A DNA stretch of 64,000 nt, from positions 640,001-704,000 of the forward strand of contig CALSNU010000001.1 in NCBI GenBank assembly GCA_943787795.1, read 5' to 3'. The stretch's first letter is position 1. The number at the start of each line of letters is the position of its first letter. Positions 31,201-39,637 of the stretch are shown one piece after another. Origin of the DNA: an uncultured bacterium (GTDB taxonomy: Bacteria > Planctomycetota > UBA1135 > GCA-002686595). The notes under the pieces are model-generated. The model was not told the origin of the DNA. It saw only the letters and a program-made list of their open reading frames with translations, and searched no databases. A program made the position numbers and the translations under genes.

Positions 31201-31442
31201 TCGACCGGCTCGTGCTGCACCGGGAAGGGGGACGCGTAAAGAGCGCGCAGGTGATCGACTACAAGACCGACGCGGTCGCCTCGTCGGACGAGGTCCGCGC
31301 GGCCCACCGTGAGCAGATGGAGGCGTACCGATCGGCGGTCGCCGCGCTCTTCGGTCTGCCGTCCTCGGACGTCTCGTGCGCGCTCGTCTGGCTGAAGGAC
31401 CCTTCGGTCGCAGGCGTCGGCGCCGAGGTCCTCGAGGTCTGA
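28203..31442 (+). CDS. addA: AddA/RexA-like UvrD helicase with C-terminal PD-(D/E)XK nuclease
   Basis: ASAGTGKT, TFTRKAA, LDEFQDT, VGDVKQSIYGWRG, ENYRS, TIHASKGLEF, LYVALTRA, GFIDRL...IDYKT. Confidence 0.9.
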   Translation: MSQAELFGEDDSIKKRRQLLLASAGTGKTFRLANHFAGLLVAGVEPKQVLAATFTRKAAGEILDRVLKRLREGAEEGAAGEEARGYLLEAAQAVEPYRDSLSTGECAETLARLVRRIERFRVQTLDAFFISLSQLFAMELELAPEFAIGTAVQEVGLAAETVARVLDGLEDGERLELLRALVRGGASRKAQSALLEAVSEAENAAAQVGPDAWGNLKPLDGVDPAEVEAQVRCLHQCDVPVTAKGEPNKLFANAIDALRALVGDGSDPIDSSFFGIGLVEKVIAGDEKFARAPIPEDIAGAIQVLAQRAGEDAVNELLTRNEAMGSFLTKYARAEDNLRAEWGIYRFQDFSRALERGPAREQPEVWRQALGFRMDAKLSHLLLDEFQDTSAQQWRLLLPLAEEVLADGTEESSFFCVGDVKQSIYGWRGGEPRLLSRMHERHPGLEKEEMVENYRSSRVILDVVNQVFEGLADRMALAGEKRSAVRQAARRWSENFGPHEAKKDLPGEAHVWQVRAHEKDRGEVKMDPAVDLAVERVRVLHARHPDASIAILVRTAKLVPTLRYRLGKVGIEASDEGGNPLTDSLPVTWLLGLLQLADHPGDGIAALQVARSPFGPDLGLLPADAGSTDAQRRASEVSAELREELLHMGYGPFFQRRMARLTEDASAWDLRRLEQLVDLAEIHDAEPGLRPADFADEVRAKKVSDPSQARVKVMTIHASKGLEFDAVVLPELGRLWQLTPKGVLLESESEVAPPRVATMAPRADVAAQHPELEALYEGEKERQMVDELSGLYVALTRAVHSIDLIVSAPGKKSPSQSHGALVAEAFDGQIVGELTFEGDHEKVWSHADSTDAWAPVHEGRAKEPVEEHRLQLDPAPQEDAVRAPSSAGHSSESVRSLLSGSSGRGARFGTLVHALFEDVEWWGQGPRADAEMRASLGRIGAEDPELVDGALARFHEAMASEALVQLLTCPPGEVTVHNERSFEVQVEDEDGAQLRWRGFIDRLVLHREGGRVKSAQVIDYKTDAVASSDEVRAAHREQMEAYRSAVAALFGLPSSDVSCALVWLKDPSVAGVGAEVLEV

Positions 31443-31446
31443 CCCC

Positions 31447-31872
31447 TCAGAGGCCCGCGGCTGCCTTGGCGCGCAGGATCTCCTCGCGCGGTAGGTGCCA
31501 GTCCGTGGCGGAGTCGTCGCTGCGGATCAGGTCGATGTTCTCCAAGGCGACCTCACTGACGATCTGACTGCCGTGAGCAATCCGGACGTTGACCTCGCCG
31601 TCGAGGTGGGCTCGGGTGGGCTCAGGGAACGAGAAGGCGTCGGGCGCGGACAGTCCATCCGCGAAGATGTTCTCTGCGGCCTCGTCCCAGATCTCTGCGA
31701 TGCCCTTGTCGTCTCTGACGTCGAAGGAACTCTCGTAGACGAGCTCCTCGCCTTGCCTGATCTCGAGCGAGAGCAGCCGCATGCCCCAGGGGTGGCATCC
31801 TGAAGCGGCGAGCGCGAGGACGACCAGGGAGAGCGCGAGGGGGGCCTTGGCCAGGCGAATGAGGAGCGTCAT
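31447..31872 (-). CDS. Hypothetical lipoprotein
   Basis: MTLLIRLAK...LALAASGC lipobox; good codon bias. Confidence 0.7.
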   Translation of the reverse strand: MTLLIRLAKAPLALSLVVLALAASGCHPWGMRLLSLEIRQGEELVYESSFDVRDDKGIAEIWDEAAENIFADGLSAPDAFSFPEPTRAHLDGEVNVRIAHGSQIVSEVALENIDLIRSDDSATDWHLPREEILRAKAAAGL

Positions 31873-32290
31873 GGCGATGGAGGGAGGGCCTTCGGAGTCT
31901 CGGGTGTACGGGGCCGCCGCGGCTTTGGTGGCCGCCTCTCCCTGGTTTTCTTGAGGGGGCCCCGCACCCGAGCTCCCCAGGCGGCCATTCGGGTTGAGGG
32001 GCCAGCCGGCCCATTTCAGGGGACAGAGAGTCCGCAGGGCTGGAATCGGGACGGTCCAGGCGAGCGTCGAGATACCGCTGGAGCCTGAGAGCGGTGGCCC
32101 TCGGGAGCCGCGAAGTGCGCGTGAGGAGCCCGGCTGGGCGGGGGCATTTTCTCCGTTCGGAGACGGAACCCAACCCATCGCGGAAACCCGCCGAAGTGTG
32201 GCGATGGAGTCCGTCGTTTCTGTTTCTATCGGCGTCCCGCTCGCCTCCAGATTTGCCTCTCCCAGAGGTGCCCCTTACCCGGATCCGTCC

Positions 32291-32803
32291 ATGCTCCTGC
32301 GCTTGACCGCCGTCCTTGCCGCCTGCCTCGCTCCGTGCGCCTCCACGGAGGATGGGATCGCGCCGATCAACGGCGCACCCCACTTCGACCAGATGGCCAC
32401 CATGGTGGGTGAGTGGTATCGAACCGACGGGGAGGCCGGGGATGGACCGGTGATGACCTACGAGCTGGCGGCCAACGGGTCCGCCGTGGTCGAGCGCCTC
32501 TTCCCCGGCATGGAGAAGGAGATGGTCACCATGTACTACATGGACGGGGACCGACTCATGCTCACGCACTACTGCGCCCTCGGGAACCAGCCCTCGATGG
32601 TCGCCACCGGCGGCGACGAGGCGTTGATCGAGTTCGACTTTCATGGGGCCTCCAACCTGGGCTCGCCGGACGAGACGCACATGCACCAGCACACCGTGGC
32701 CTTCCTCGGCCCGGACCGCGTGGACGCGACCTGGGTCCTTTGGGACGGCGGTTCGGAGGCTGAGCGCCGGCTCTTCCCGGTAGAGCGGCGGGCGGCCCGG
32801 TGA
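32291..32803 (+). CDS. Hypothetical exported protein, probable beta-barrel/lipocalin-like
   Basis: Signal peptide with Cys; GEW, EMVTMY, LTHYCALGNQP, HMH motifs. Confidence 0.75.
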   Translation: MLLRLTAVLAACLAPCASTEDGIAPINGAPHFDQMATMVGEWYRTDGEAGDGPVMTYELAANGSAVVERLFPGMEKEMVTMYYMDGDRLMLTHYCALGNQPSMVATGGDEALIEFDFHGASNLGSPDETHMHQHTVAFLGPDRVDATWVLWDGGSEAERRLFPVERRAAR

Positions 32804-33132
32804 CCACGGAGGCGGCGAGTTCGGGCCGCTCATGGCGGTGGGTCGCGCTCCTGGGGGTGCTCCACTTCATCCTGTGGATGGTGCTGTTCCTCGTCAGCCT
32901 CGACTTCGCGGCGGTGGATGGCGAGGAGCCCTGGCTCCTGAGCCAGCTGGCCCTCCCGTTCGTCTGGCTCCTCGGCGCGCCGGGTTGGCCGGCTCTCACC
33001 TGGCTCGCGGACTCGGTCTTCATCGGCGAGGGCGTTCCGGACGCGCTGGAGTGGGCGGTGCTCCTGGGGAACAGCCTGCTCTGGGGGATCGGTCTGGAGG
33101 CCATCCTCCGCCGCCTCCGTGCGCGGGGCTGA
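32800..33132 (+). CDS. Small integral membrane protein
   Basis: Three hydrophobic Trp/Leu-rich segments; GTGA overlap with the upstream gene. Confidence 0.7.
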   Translation: MTTEAASSGRSWRWVALLGVLHFILWMVLFLVSLDFAAVDGEEPWLLSQLALPFVWLLGAPGWPALTWLADSVFIGEGVPDALEWAVLLGNSLLWGIGLEAILRRLRARG

Positions 33133-33353
33133 CCCAGGGCGCGGACTGGCTGCTTCCCCAGCGATTCGGTTCCAAGGGCGCAGCGTTGGGGATGGACGTC
33201 GGATGGGCCCGCCCGGGGCGGGTCGCCGCCGGCTCGTCCGAGCGGAGAGAGTTGAGGATGACGAAGATCGAGGGGCGGGGCCCGTCGATGACCCGCCCGC
33301 GCAGTTCCCGCACCAACTCCACGGAGGGTGGCGATCTCGTTACGGTGGCGGCC

Positions 33354-34680
33354 ATGATCGCACTGAACTGTCTCGCGCCTGCCGCTCTCTCCCTGGCCCT
33401 CCAGGCGGGCACTTCCGCGGCGCCAGCCGGCGATCTCGACTCGATGCCTCCCGTGCGGCCGTGGGTGTCCCTCGCGGCGGATGCCAAGGGCGGGCTGTGT
33501 GATCCAGGTGAGACGGTCCGCTTCACCGCGACCGTGGAGAACCGCGCGGACGCTGTGGCGCGGGTCACCGTCGGGTGGAGCGCGGAGTCGCTCGCTTTCG
33601 AGCCAGAGCTGCCGGCGCCGGAGATCCTCGAGATCCCGCCCCGGGGGACCGCGACGGCGGTGCTCCCCCTCGTCCTCGCGGGTCCCGGCTTCATGGACGT
33701 GACGGTGAGCGTGCTGGAGGAGGGGAGCACGCGCCCGCGGGTGCGGCGGCGCCGGGTGGGCTGTGCTCCGGCCGGGATTCAGTACGAGCTGAGCCGAGCG
33801 TCCGACTTCGAGGCGTTCTGGGAGCGAACCCTCATGGAGCTCGCCGCGGTGGAGCCACAGGTCGAGCTCAGAGAGGTCCCGGGCAAGCCGGACGATGACT
33901 TCAAGCTGAGCGAGGTCACGCTCCGGAGCCTCGGCGGCGTCCGCGTGCGGGGGTGGCTCCAGGTCCCGAGGTCGGAGGGGCCCCACGCCGCGGTCCTGCG
34001 CGTCCCCGGCTACACGGAGAACATGCAGCCCATCGACGCCGTGGGGAACCGCATCGTCTTCTCGTTCAACATCCGCGGCCACGGTGGCAGCGTCCAGGAC
34101 GTCCCCGCGGAGCCCGTCGACTACTGGCTCCGCGGCCTCGAGGACAAGGACGACTACTTCTACCGCGGCGCCTACATGGACTGCGTGCGGGCCATGGACT
34201 ACCTCTGCTCACGGGATGACGTGGACCAGGATCGGTTGGCGGTCTGGGGCGCGAGCCAGGGGGGCGGCCTCGCCTTCGCCACCGCGGCGCTGGACCCGCG
34301 GGTGGACATCTGCCTCGCAGACATCCCGTGGCTCTGCCACTGGCGGGGGCTGATGACGCTCCTCATCGACCAGGACGTGAAGGACCTCGCGGCGTGGCTC
34401 GCGGCGGACCCGGGCCGCTCGCGAGCCAGCCGCCCTCGAGACCCTGAGCTACTTCGACACCATGAACCTCGCGGACCGGATCACGTGTCGGACCCTCATG
34501 GGCGTCGGGCTTCAGGACGCGATCTGTCCCCCGGAGACGAGCTTCGGCACCTTCAACCGGGTGAAGGGAGAGCGGGACTTCCGCATCTACGAGGAGCAGG
34601 GGCACGGGCTCGCCGCCGAGCACTACGGCTGGGCGCTGGCGGAGCTCGCTGAGGTCCTCGGTTCGGCCGACGGCGACTGA
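33354..34680 (+). pseudogene. Acetylxylan esterase / cephalosporin-C deacetylase (CE7, AXE1) with a +1 frameshift near 34420-34435
   Basis: Frame 1: DFEAFW, PGY, RGHG, YFYRGAYMD, GASQGG. Other frame: LETLSYFDTMNLA...GLQDAICPP...GHG (catalytic Asp and His). Confidence 0.85.
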
Positions 34681-34819
34681 AGGCGCTCGGAGAGGGGTGT
34701 GTGGTGGGGCGCGGATACGCTCGTGGACTCAGCGGGTACTCTGGATCGCGGCCATCTCGCGCACGTACCCAGTGCGAGCGTGAGTGACCGAGCGGGGACT
34801 CCGCGAGAGGAACAGCACC

Positions 34820-36661
34820 ATGAGCAGCACCATCATTCGACTGGCGGCCACGCTGACCCTCGCTGGAGCCGCGATCTCCATCTGGGGGAGCCTCCCGTCC
34901 AGCACAGCCCAGGACGCGAGCGGGGTCCACGTGCTCAGTGAGTTCCGGGACAACGGGCGAGGCCGGCTGGACGAGGCGCTTCGGGTCCTTGGTCGTGAGA
35001 CGCGCGCCGTGATCCGAGTGGACATCGACGACGTGTTGCACGGGGCCCTGAAGGTCCCACCGAACATCGCGCTCGTGCACGAGGGGGCCTCCTTGATCGA
35101 TCTCGCGGGGCAACGTTTGGAGATTGCCGGTTCGTTCGATGCGACTCAGGCGCAGGTCTTCTTCGGAGTGGGCAAGGTGTCCCTGGCGCCGGGGAGCACC
35201 CGCCAGGTCCTCCCGCAGTGGTGGGGGAGCAACGACTCCGACAGCGTGCAGGCAGCCATGGACGTCGCCCTCGAGTGCGGCGCGGAGGTCTTCATGCCCG
35301 CCGGTTCGTACACGTTCGATTCGACGGTCGAGGCTTACTTCGAGGGCACGGGGTTCAACGCTCGGGCCCTCAAGGTGCGAGGAGATGGTCCGGGGCGCAC
35401 GGTCATCGAGAACCGGGTCGCGAGCGGCGCCGCGTTCTACTTCGGCACGCGGAATCCGATCGCTCAGCAGGCGTGGTTCCTGACGGTCGAGGGGCTCGAG
35501 GTGACGAGCCGCTCCGGAAGGGGCCAGCATGGCATCGAGATTGAGGACGTCTGGAACGGTCGGATCTCGGACTGCCTGATCAGCGATCAGGCCGTGGACG
35601 GCATCGTCATGCGGGCCGACCAGAATGACTTCGGGCTGCCCAAGACCTGGACGATCGAGCGGTCACTGATCGTGCGGAACGGTCGCTACGGCATCTACAT
35701 GGGAGCTGCCGGCGCGGGCTCGGTGGCCTACAACGTCACGCTCGATCAACTCGACATCGAGTTGAACGGACAGGGAGGCGTCTACGCGGCCGCCGAGCTG
35801 TCGCGGATCACGAATTCGATCATCGCCAACAATGGAACGGGGCCGACCTCCCATGGTGGCGTCTACATGACGGGCGACACGGACTACCGCGCCTATGCCA
35901 ACGCCATCTCCGGGTGCGGCTTCGAGGCGAACGTCCCGTACGACATCTATGCCGACCGCGTCGCCAACCTGACGCTGGCGCGCAACGACCACAGCCGTAT
36001 CCAGATCACCTCAGGCGCGAGCCAGGACGCCTTCGTTCGCCTCGACGGACCGGAGGGCGCGTTCAACGTGCTCCTCGCGCACAACCAGTTCTCCTCCGGG
36101 ATCCAGAGTCCGTTTACTGCCATCGTGGGCGGCCCCGGACTGGAGAGCATCGAGCTGGACAACAACCGCTTCAACCTCGCGCCAGGGAACGAGCCAACGG
36201 GCTTTGAGAGCACGACGAAGTCGACCCACCGGACGCTCGGCGACGCGGTCTTGAGCAACCAGTCGATCTCCTTTGCGGCAGCCCAGACCAGCGCAGGCGA
36301 CGTGAAGCTGGCGCGGGGCGGGCCGGGCATCCTCTCCGTGGACGGGATCGCGACGAAGATGCAGTCGGTCACGTCGAGCAACGGTGCGCTCGCGCTGGAC
36401 TGCAGCGTCGGCCTGACGGTCCTGCACTCCCTCACCGAGAGCACCATCGTTCAGGTCCCCGCGAACCCCGTCGCCGGGGCCATCTTGAACCTCTCGATCT
36501 TCCAGCCCCCCGGCGCGGCGCACAGCATCGGCTTCAAGCCCATCTTCAAGGTGGCGGACCCGCTCACGGCCAGCGGCGGGCACTTCTCCACGACCCGCTT
36601 CCTCTTCACGGGCCTCTACTGGGTCCAGCTCGGCGCCGCCGCGATTGACGCGCCGCTCTGA
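34820..36661 (+). CDS. Secreted right-handed beta-helix (pectate lyase 3 / tailspike-like) protein
   Basis: Signal peptide ending AQD; VLPQWWGSNDSDSVQAAMD, VFMPAGSY, LKVRGDG; Asn/Gly-rich beta-helix coils. Confidence 0.8.
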   Translation: MSSTIIRLAATLTLAGAAISIWGSLPSSTAQDASGVHVLSEFRDNGRGRLDEALRVLGRETRAVIRVDIDDVLHGALKVPPNIALVHEGASLIDLAGQRLEIAGSFDATQAQVFFGVGKVSLAPGSTRQVLPQWWGSNDSDSVQAAMDVALECGAEVFMPAGSYTFDSTVEAYFEGTGFNARALKVRGDGPGRTVIENRVASGAAFYFGTRNPIAQQAWFLTVEGLEVTSRSGRGQHGIEIEDVWNGRISDCLISDQAVDGIVMRADQNDFGLPKTWTIERSLIVRNGRYGIYMGAAGAGSVAYNVTLDQLDIELNGQGGVYAAAELSRITNSIIANNGTGPTSHGGVYMTGDTDYRAYANAISGCGFEANVPYDIYADRVANLTLARNDHSRIQITSGASQDAFVRLDGPEGAFNVLLAHNQFSSGIQSPFTAIVGGPGLESIELDNNRFNLAPGNEPTGFESTTKSTHRTLGDAVLSNQSISFAAAQTSAGDVKLARGGPGILSVDGIATKMQSVTSSNGALALDCSVGLTVLHSLTESTIVQVPANPVAGAILNLSIFQPPGAAHSIGFKPIFKVADPLTASGGHFSTTRFLFTGLYWVQLGAAAIDAPL

Positions 36662-36939
36662 GCGCCTGTTCGACGCGGGCTCTGCTCGCGTCGGGTCACG
36701 ACTCGGCGGCCATTCTGGCGGGCGAGACCTGGTACTGGCAGTGCTGGTACCGCGACCAGGCCGTGGGACTCGGAGCGAGCAACTTCTCCGAAGCGATCGC
36801 CATCCGCTTCTTCTGGACGCCAACCCCGCCGAGGGGCGCCGCGGGCCGACTTCCTGCGGGCCAACGGGGCCCCCTGCGGCTGCGGTGGGACGGTCTCCCG
36901 GACGCCCGGCGGAGTGCCCTGGCCGCAGATGAGCGCGGA

Positions 36940-37029
36940 TGGCGGAGGCGGAGGGATTCGAACCCCCGGTGGGTTGCCCCACGTCGGTTTTCAAAACCGG
37001 TGCATTCAGCCAGGCTCTGCCACGCCTCC
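36940..37029 (-). tRNA. tRNA-Ser(TGA)
   Basis: GGAGGCG acceptor stem, anticodon loop TTTGAAA, variable arm GTGGG-GCAA-CCCAC, GTTCGAATC, G-CCA end. Confidence 0.96.
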
Positions 37030-37063
37030 GCACGGCGGGTGCCGCGGGCGCAGTGTAGCGCGG

Positions 37064-38938
37064 TCAGGGGCGTGGGAGGGCGAAGAGCTGGAGCTTCGGT
37101 CCAGGTCGGCGTACGGTCCAAAGGTCTCGCAGGGGGAAGGGCATGGCCGTTGGCAGGTGCGCGTCCACCGCCTCGCCGTCGACCGTGTCCGTGGGCCGGG
37201 TCCAGGAGGGGTGAACCTGCCATACCACGTCGCTGGGGAGCTCCAGCGGCGCGAGCTTGGGGACCGCCGGGCTCCCGGGCGGGGAGCCCTCGAGCGGGCG
37301 GGAGGGCGCGGGGTCCACCAGGGGCGGCGGGGCCCCATCCTCCGGGGTCCGGTCCACGAGCAGGAGGTGGGTGACGCCGAGGCTCGCCAGGACGTCCTGG
37401 GTCGTGGCGCCGTGCGCGGCGGCGAGGCCCTCTCGGATCCACGTGCCCCCGTGGCGCAGGTCGTACTCGAAGACGTCCTCGAGGCGGACCGCGTCGACGC
37501 CTGGAGCCTGGGGAAGCCCGGCCTCGAGCATCATCCGGCGGTGTTCCTCACGGCCGTACAGCGCGCTCCCGGTGGCCGCGCGGAGCGATGCGGTCAGCTC
37601 GAGGGCGGAGAGGGTCTGGGGGACCACCGGGCCGTACACGTCGATGGCGACGCGGCTCTCCGCCGGCAGCTCGGCGAGCCTCGCGGCAGCGAGGATCCGG
37701 GTGTCGTCCTGGCGGAGGAGCCAGTCGAAGCGGGCGGCCTGCACCAGGGGCAGGAGGAGCGCGAGCGCCGTCGCGATGGCGCCGACGGGGCGTTGGACGA
37801 GGCGCTCGAGCAGGAGCCCCGCCGGGAGCGACATCAGGACCGCCATGGGGAGCAGGTAGCGGATGTGCTCGTTCTGGTTGGTCATGAAGAAGGCACCCCA
37901 CCCGAGCACGAAGACCATGGCAGGCACGAGGGCGCGGCGGCGCAGCGCGAGCAGCATGCCGCCGAGGCCGGCGACCAGGAGCACCGGGTCGTAGCCGAGG
38001 AAGGAGCGGATGAGCCCGACGAAGGTGGCGCCGCGCAGCCCGAGGACCACCTGCTGCGCCCCGAAGGTGATCTGGGTCTGGTCGTCCCGGACGAGGTCCT
38101 GGGCGGCGACGTCGGCCTCGAGGCCATAGCGGAGGAGGTAGGGGTGGCCGACCAGGAGAGAGACGCCCCAGAAGAGGGCCACCGCGAGGGCGCCACGGAT
38201 CACCTTGCGCTTGATCTGGTCGCCACGCTCGGTCTCGTCGCTGCGATCGGGGTCCGGGGCGAGCAGCCAGGCGAGGCCGACGATGCCCAGCGCCAGGCCG
38301 CCGGCCTGGTGCATGGAGAACGCCGCGGCCGCTGCCACCGAGGTCCACAGGAGCGAGCGCTGGGAGCCTGTGCGTACGTGCACCGCCGCGCCCCATGCCG
38401 TCGCCGCGACGGCCGCCGCCATCGGGGCCCAGGGGCGCTCCTGGACCGAGAGTTGGAGGTGGAGCAGGGAGGTTGCGCACAGCGTAGCTGCGATCCACGC
38501 GCCCGCTCGCATGCCCGCCGCGCGCGCCGCCATCAGGATGAAGAGGGGGGCCGTGGCCGCGATCAGGGCCAGGAGGATCCGCGCGAGCAGGTGCGCGTGC
38601 CAGGGGACCTCCTTGAGGAAGCGACCGTACTCGTCGCCAGCGCTCCAATCACCCTGGAGCGATCCCCAGACGAAGTCGGCCGCGTAGACCGGCAGCAGCA
38701 GGTAGGGCAGCAGGTACGGATAGGAGGAGTAGGCGTTGGCCGGCGGGACGAGGTCGCGATCGCCGAGCATGTGCAGCGCGTTGCGCACCACGTGGGTGTC
38801 GGGCACGAACTCCGGGGTGGGTGCGCCGTGCCCGATGGGCCAGAGGCGCAGGGCGCAGGAGAGCGCGCCGATCAGGACGAGGCTGAGCAGCAGCGGCCTC
38901 CCCCAGCGTCTCCCTTGGCCTGCGGGCGAGTCGCTCAC
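37064..38938 (-). CDS. GT-C fold membrane glycosyltransferase (ArnT/PMT-like)
   Basis: ALRLW..G, VPDT in first loop, YPYLLPYL, LLAR, ERPW, RYLLP; about 11-13 TM helices plus soluble C-terminal domain. Confidence 0.7.
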   Translation of the reverse strand: MSDSPAGQGRRWGRPLLLSLVLIGALSCALRLWPIGHGAPTPEFVPDTHVVRNALHMLGDRDLVPPANAYSSYPYLLPYLLLPVYAADFVWGSLQGDWSAGDEYGRFLKEVPWHAHLLARILLALIAATAPLFILMAARAAGMRAGAWIAATLCATSLLHLQLSVQERPWAPMAAAVAATAWGAAVHVRTGSQRSLLWTSVAAAAAFSMHQAGGLALGIVGLAWLLAPDPDRSDETERGDQIKRKVIRGALAVALFWGVSLLVGHPYLLRYGLEADVAAQDLVRDDQTQITFGAQQVVLGLRGATFVGLIRSFLGYDPVLLVAGLGGMLLALRRRALVPAMVFVLGWGAFFMTNQNEHIRYLLPMAVLMSLPAGLLLERLVQRPVGAIATALALLLPLVQAARFDWLLRQDDTRILAAARLAELPAESRVAIDVYGPVVPQTLSALELTASLRAATGSALYGREEHRRMMLEAGLPQAPGVDAVRLEDVFEYDLRHGGTWIREGLAAAHGATTQDVLASLGVTHLLLVDRTPEDGAPPPLVDPAPSRPLEGSPPGSPAVPKLAPLELPSDVVWQVHPSWTRPTDTVDGEAVDAHLPTAMPFPLRDLWTVRRPGPKLQLFALPRP

Positions 38939-39537
38939 AGCTCGTCCGGATCCTCGCCTGGCTCTTCGTCCGGCTCTTTGCCCAGATCTCCGCCGGCTGC
39001 CTCGCCGGGTCCTTCACCGGGTAGAGCAAAGCCGGCCGAGCTAGCGTCACCCTCGAGCGGAGCGTCGTCCGGGAGGACATCCTGGGCCTGGTCCGTTCGC
39101 ACCTGCTCCATGACCGACTCGGCGATGCGAATGCGGGCGCCGGCGCGCAGGGCGAGCGCGAGGGCGTCGCTCGGCCGGGCGTCCACGAGGATCTCGTCTG
39201 CACCGCCGGGGTCCGAACCGTTGGGCGGCGTGAGGCGTAGCTGGGCGTAGAACGTGTTGGCCCGCAGATCGACGATGTCCACGCCGAGTAGCCGGCTGCC
39301 CAGCGCGTGGATCGCGCTCAGGGTCAGCTGGTGGGTCATCGGTCGCTCCGAGGGGATGTCGTTGACCACCCGGTGGATCTCCGTCGCTTCACCGCTCCCG
39401 ATGACGATCGGAAAGCCCCTGGGCTCCTCGGAGCCGTTGTCCTCTTCCAGGAAGATCCACTGCTGGCTCGAAGTCTCACGCACCACCACCCGGACGAGTC
39501 GAAGTGGAACCAGGGAGTGTGTCTCGGAGGATGACAT
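38935..39537 (-). CDS. Bifunctional nuclease family protein (DUF151)
   Basis: FPIVIGSGEA, RPMTHQL, TFYAQL, DARPSDALALALR. Confidence 0.92.
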   Translation of the reverse strand: MSSSETHSLVPLRLVRVVVRETSSQQWIFLEEDNGSEEPRGFPIVIGSGEATEIHRVVNDIPSERPMTHQLTLSAIHALGSRLLGVDIVDLRANTFYAQLRLTPPNGSDPGGADEILVDARPSDALALALRAGARIRIAESVMEQVRTDQAQDVLPDDAPLEGDASSAGFALPGEGPGEAAGGDLGKEPDEEPGEDPDEL

Positions 39538-39637
39538 TGGAGGTGCCCTGCAGGGAGGCAGTGAAGGAATCCGGGGCAGTGACCCGGAACGGAGGCTGCG
39601 ACGACGCGCCCCTACTCCTCTAAGATAGGTGTCGGTC

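Noticed and set aside
25309..31442. Helicase-nuclease pair as an anti-phage defence system
   Set aside because: Order, sizes and motifs fit housekeeping AddAB
31872..31897. TGGCGATGGAGGGAGGG as a relic att copy of the tRNA-Ser(TGA) 3' end
   Set aside because: Too short and gapped to exceed chance in G-rich DNA
36728..36760. Nested inverted repeats CCTGGT...ACCAGG downstream of the tRNA
   Set aside because: Short stems expected at this GC; no recognisable RNA family or U-tract
36984..37000. C-A mismatch at the top of the tRNA-Ser(TGA) anticodon stem
   Set aside because: A single terminal mismatch is tolerated; the rest of the tRNA is canonical
18877..37029. 18-kb genomic island bounded by two tRNA-Ser genes
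   Set aside because: Both are complete, different isoacceptors rather than an att duplication; the interval holds core addAB and no integrase
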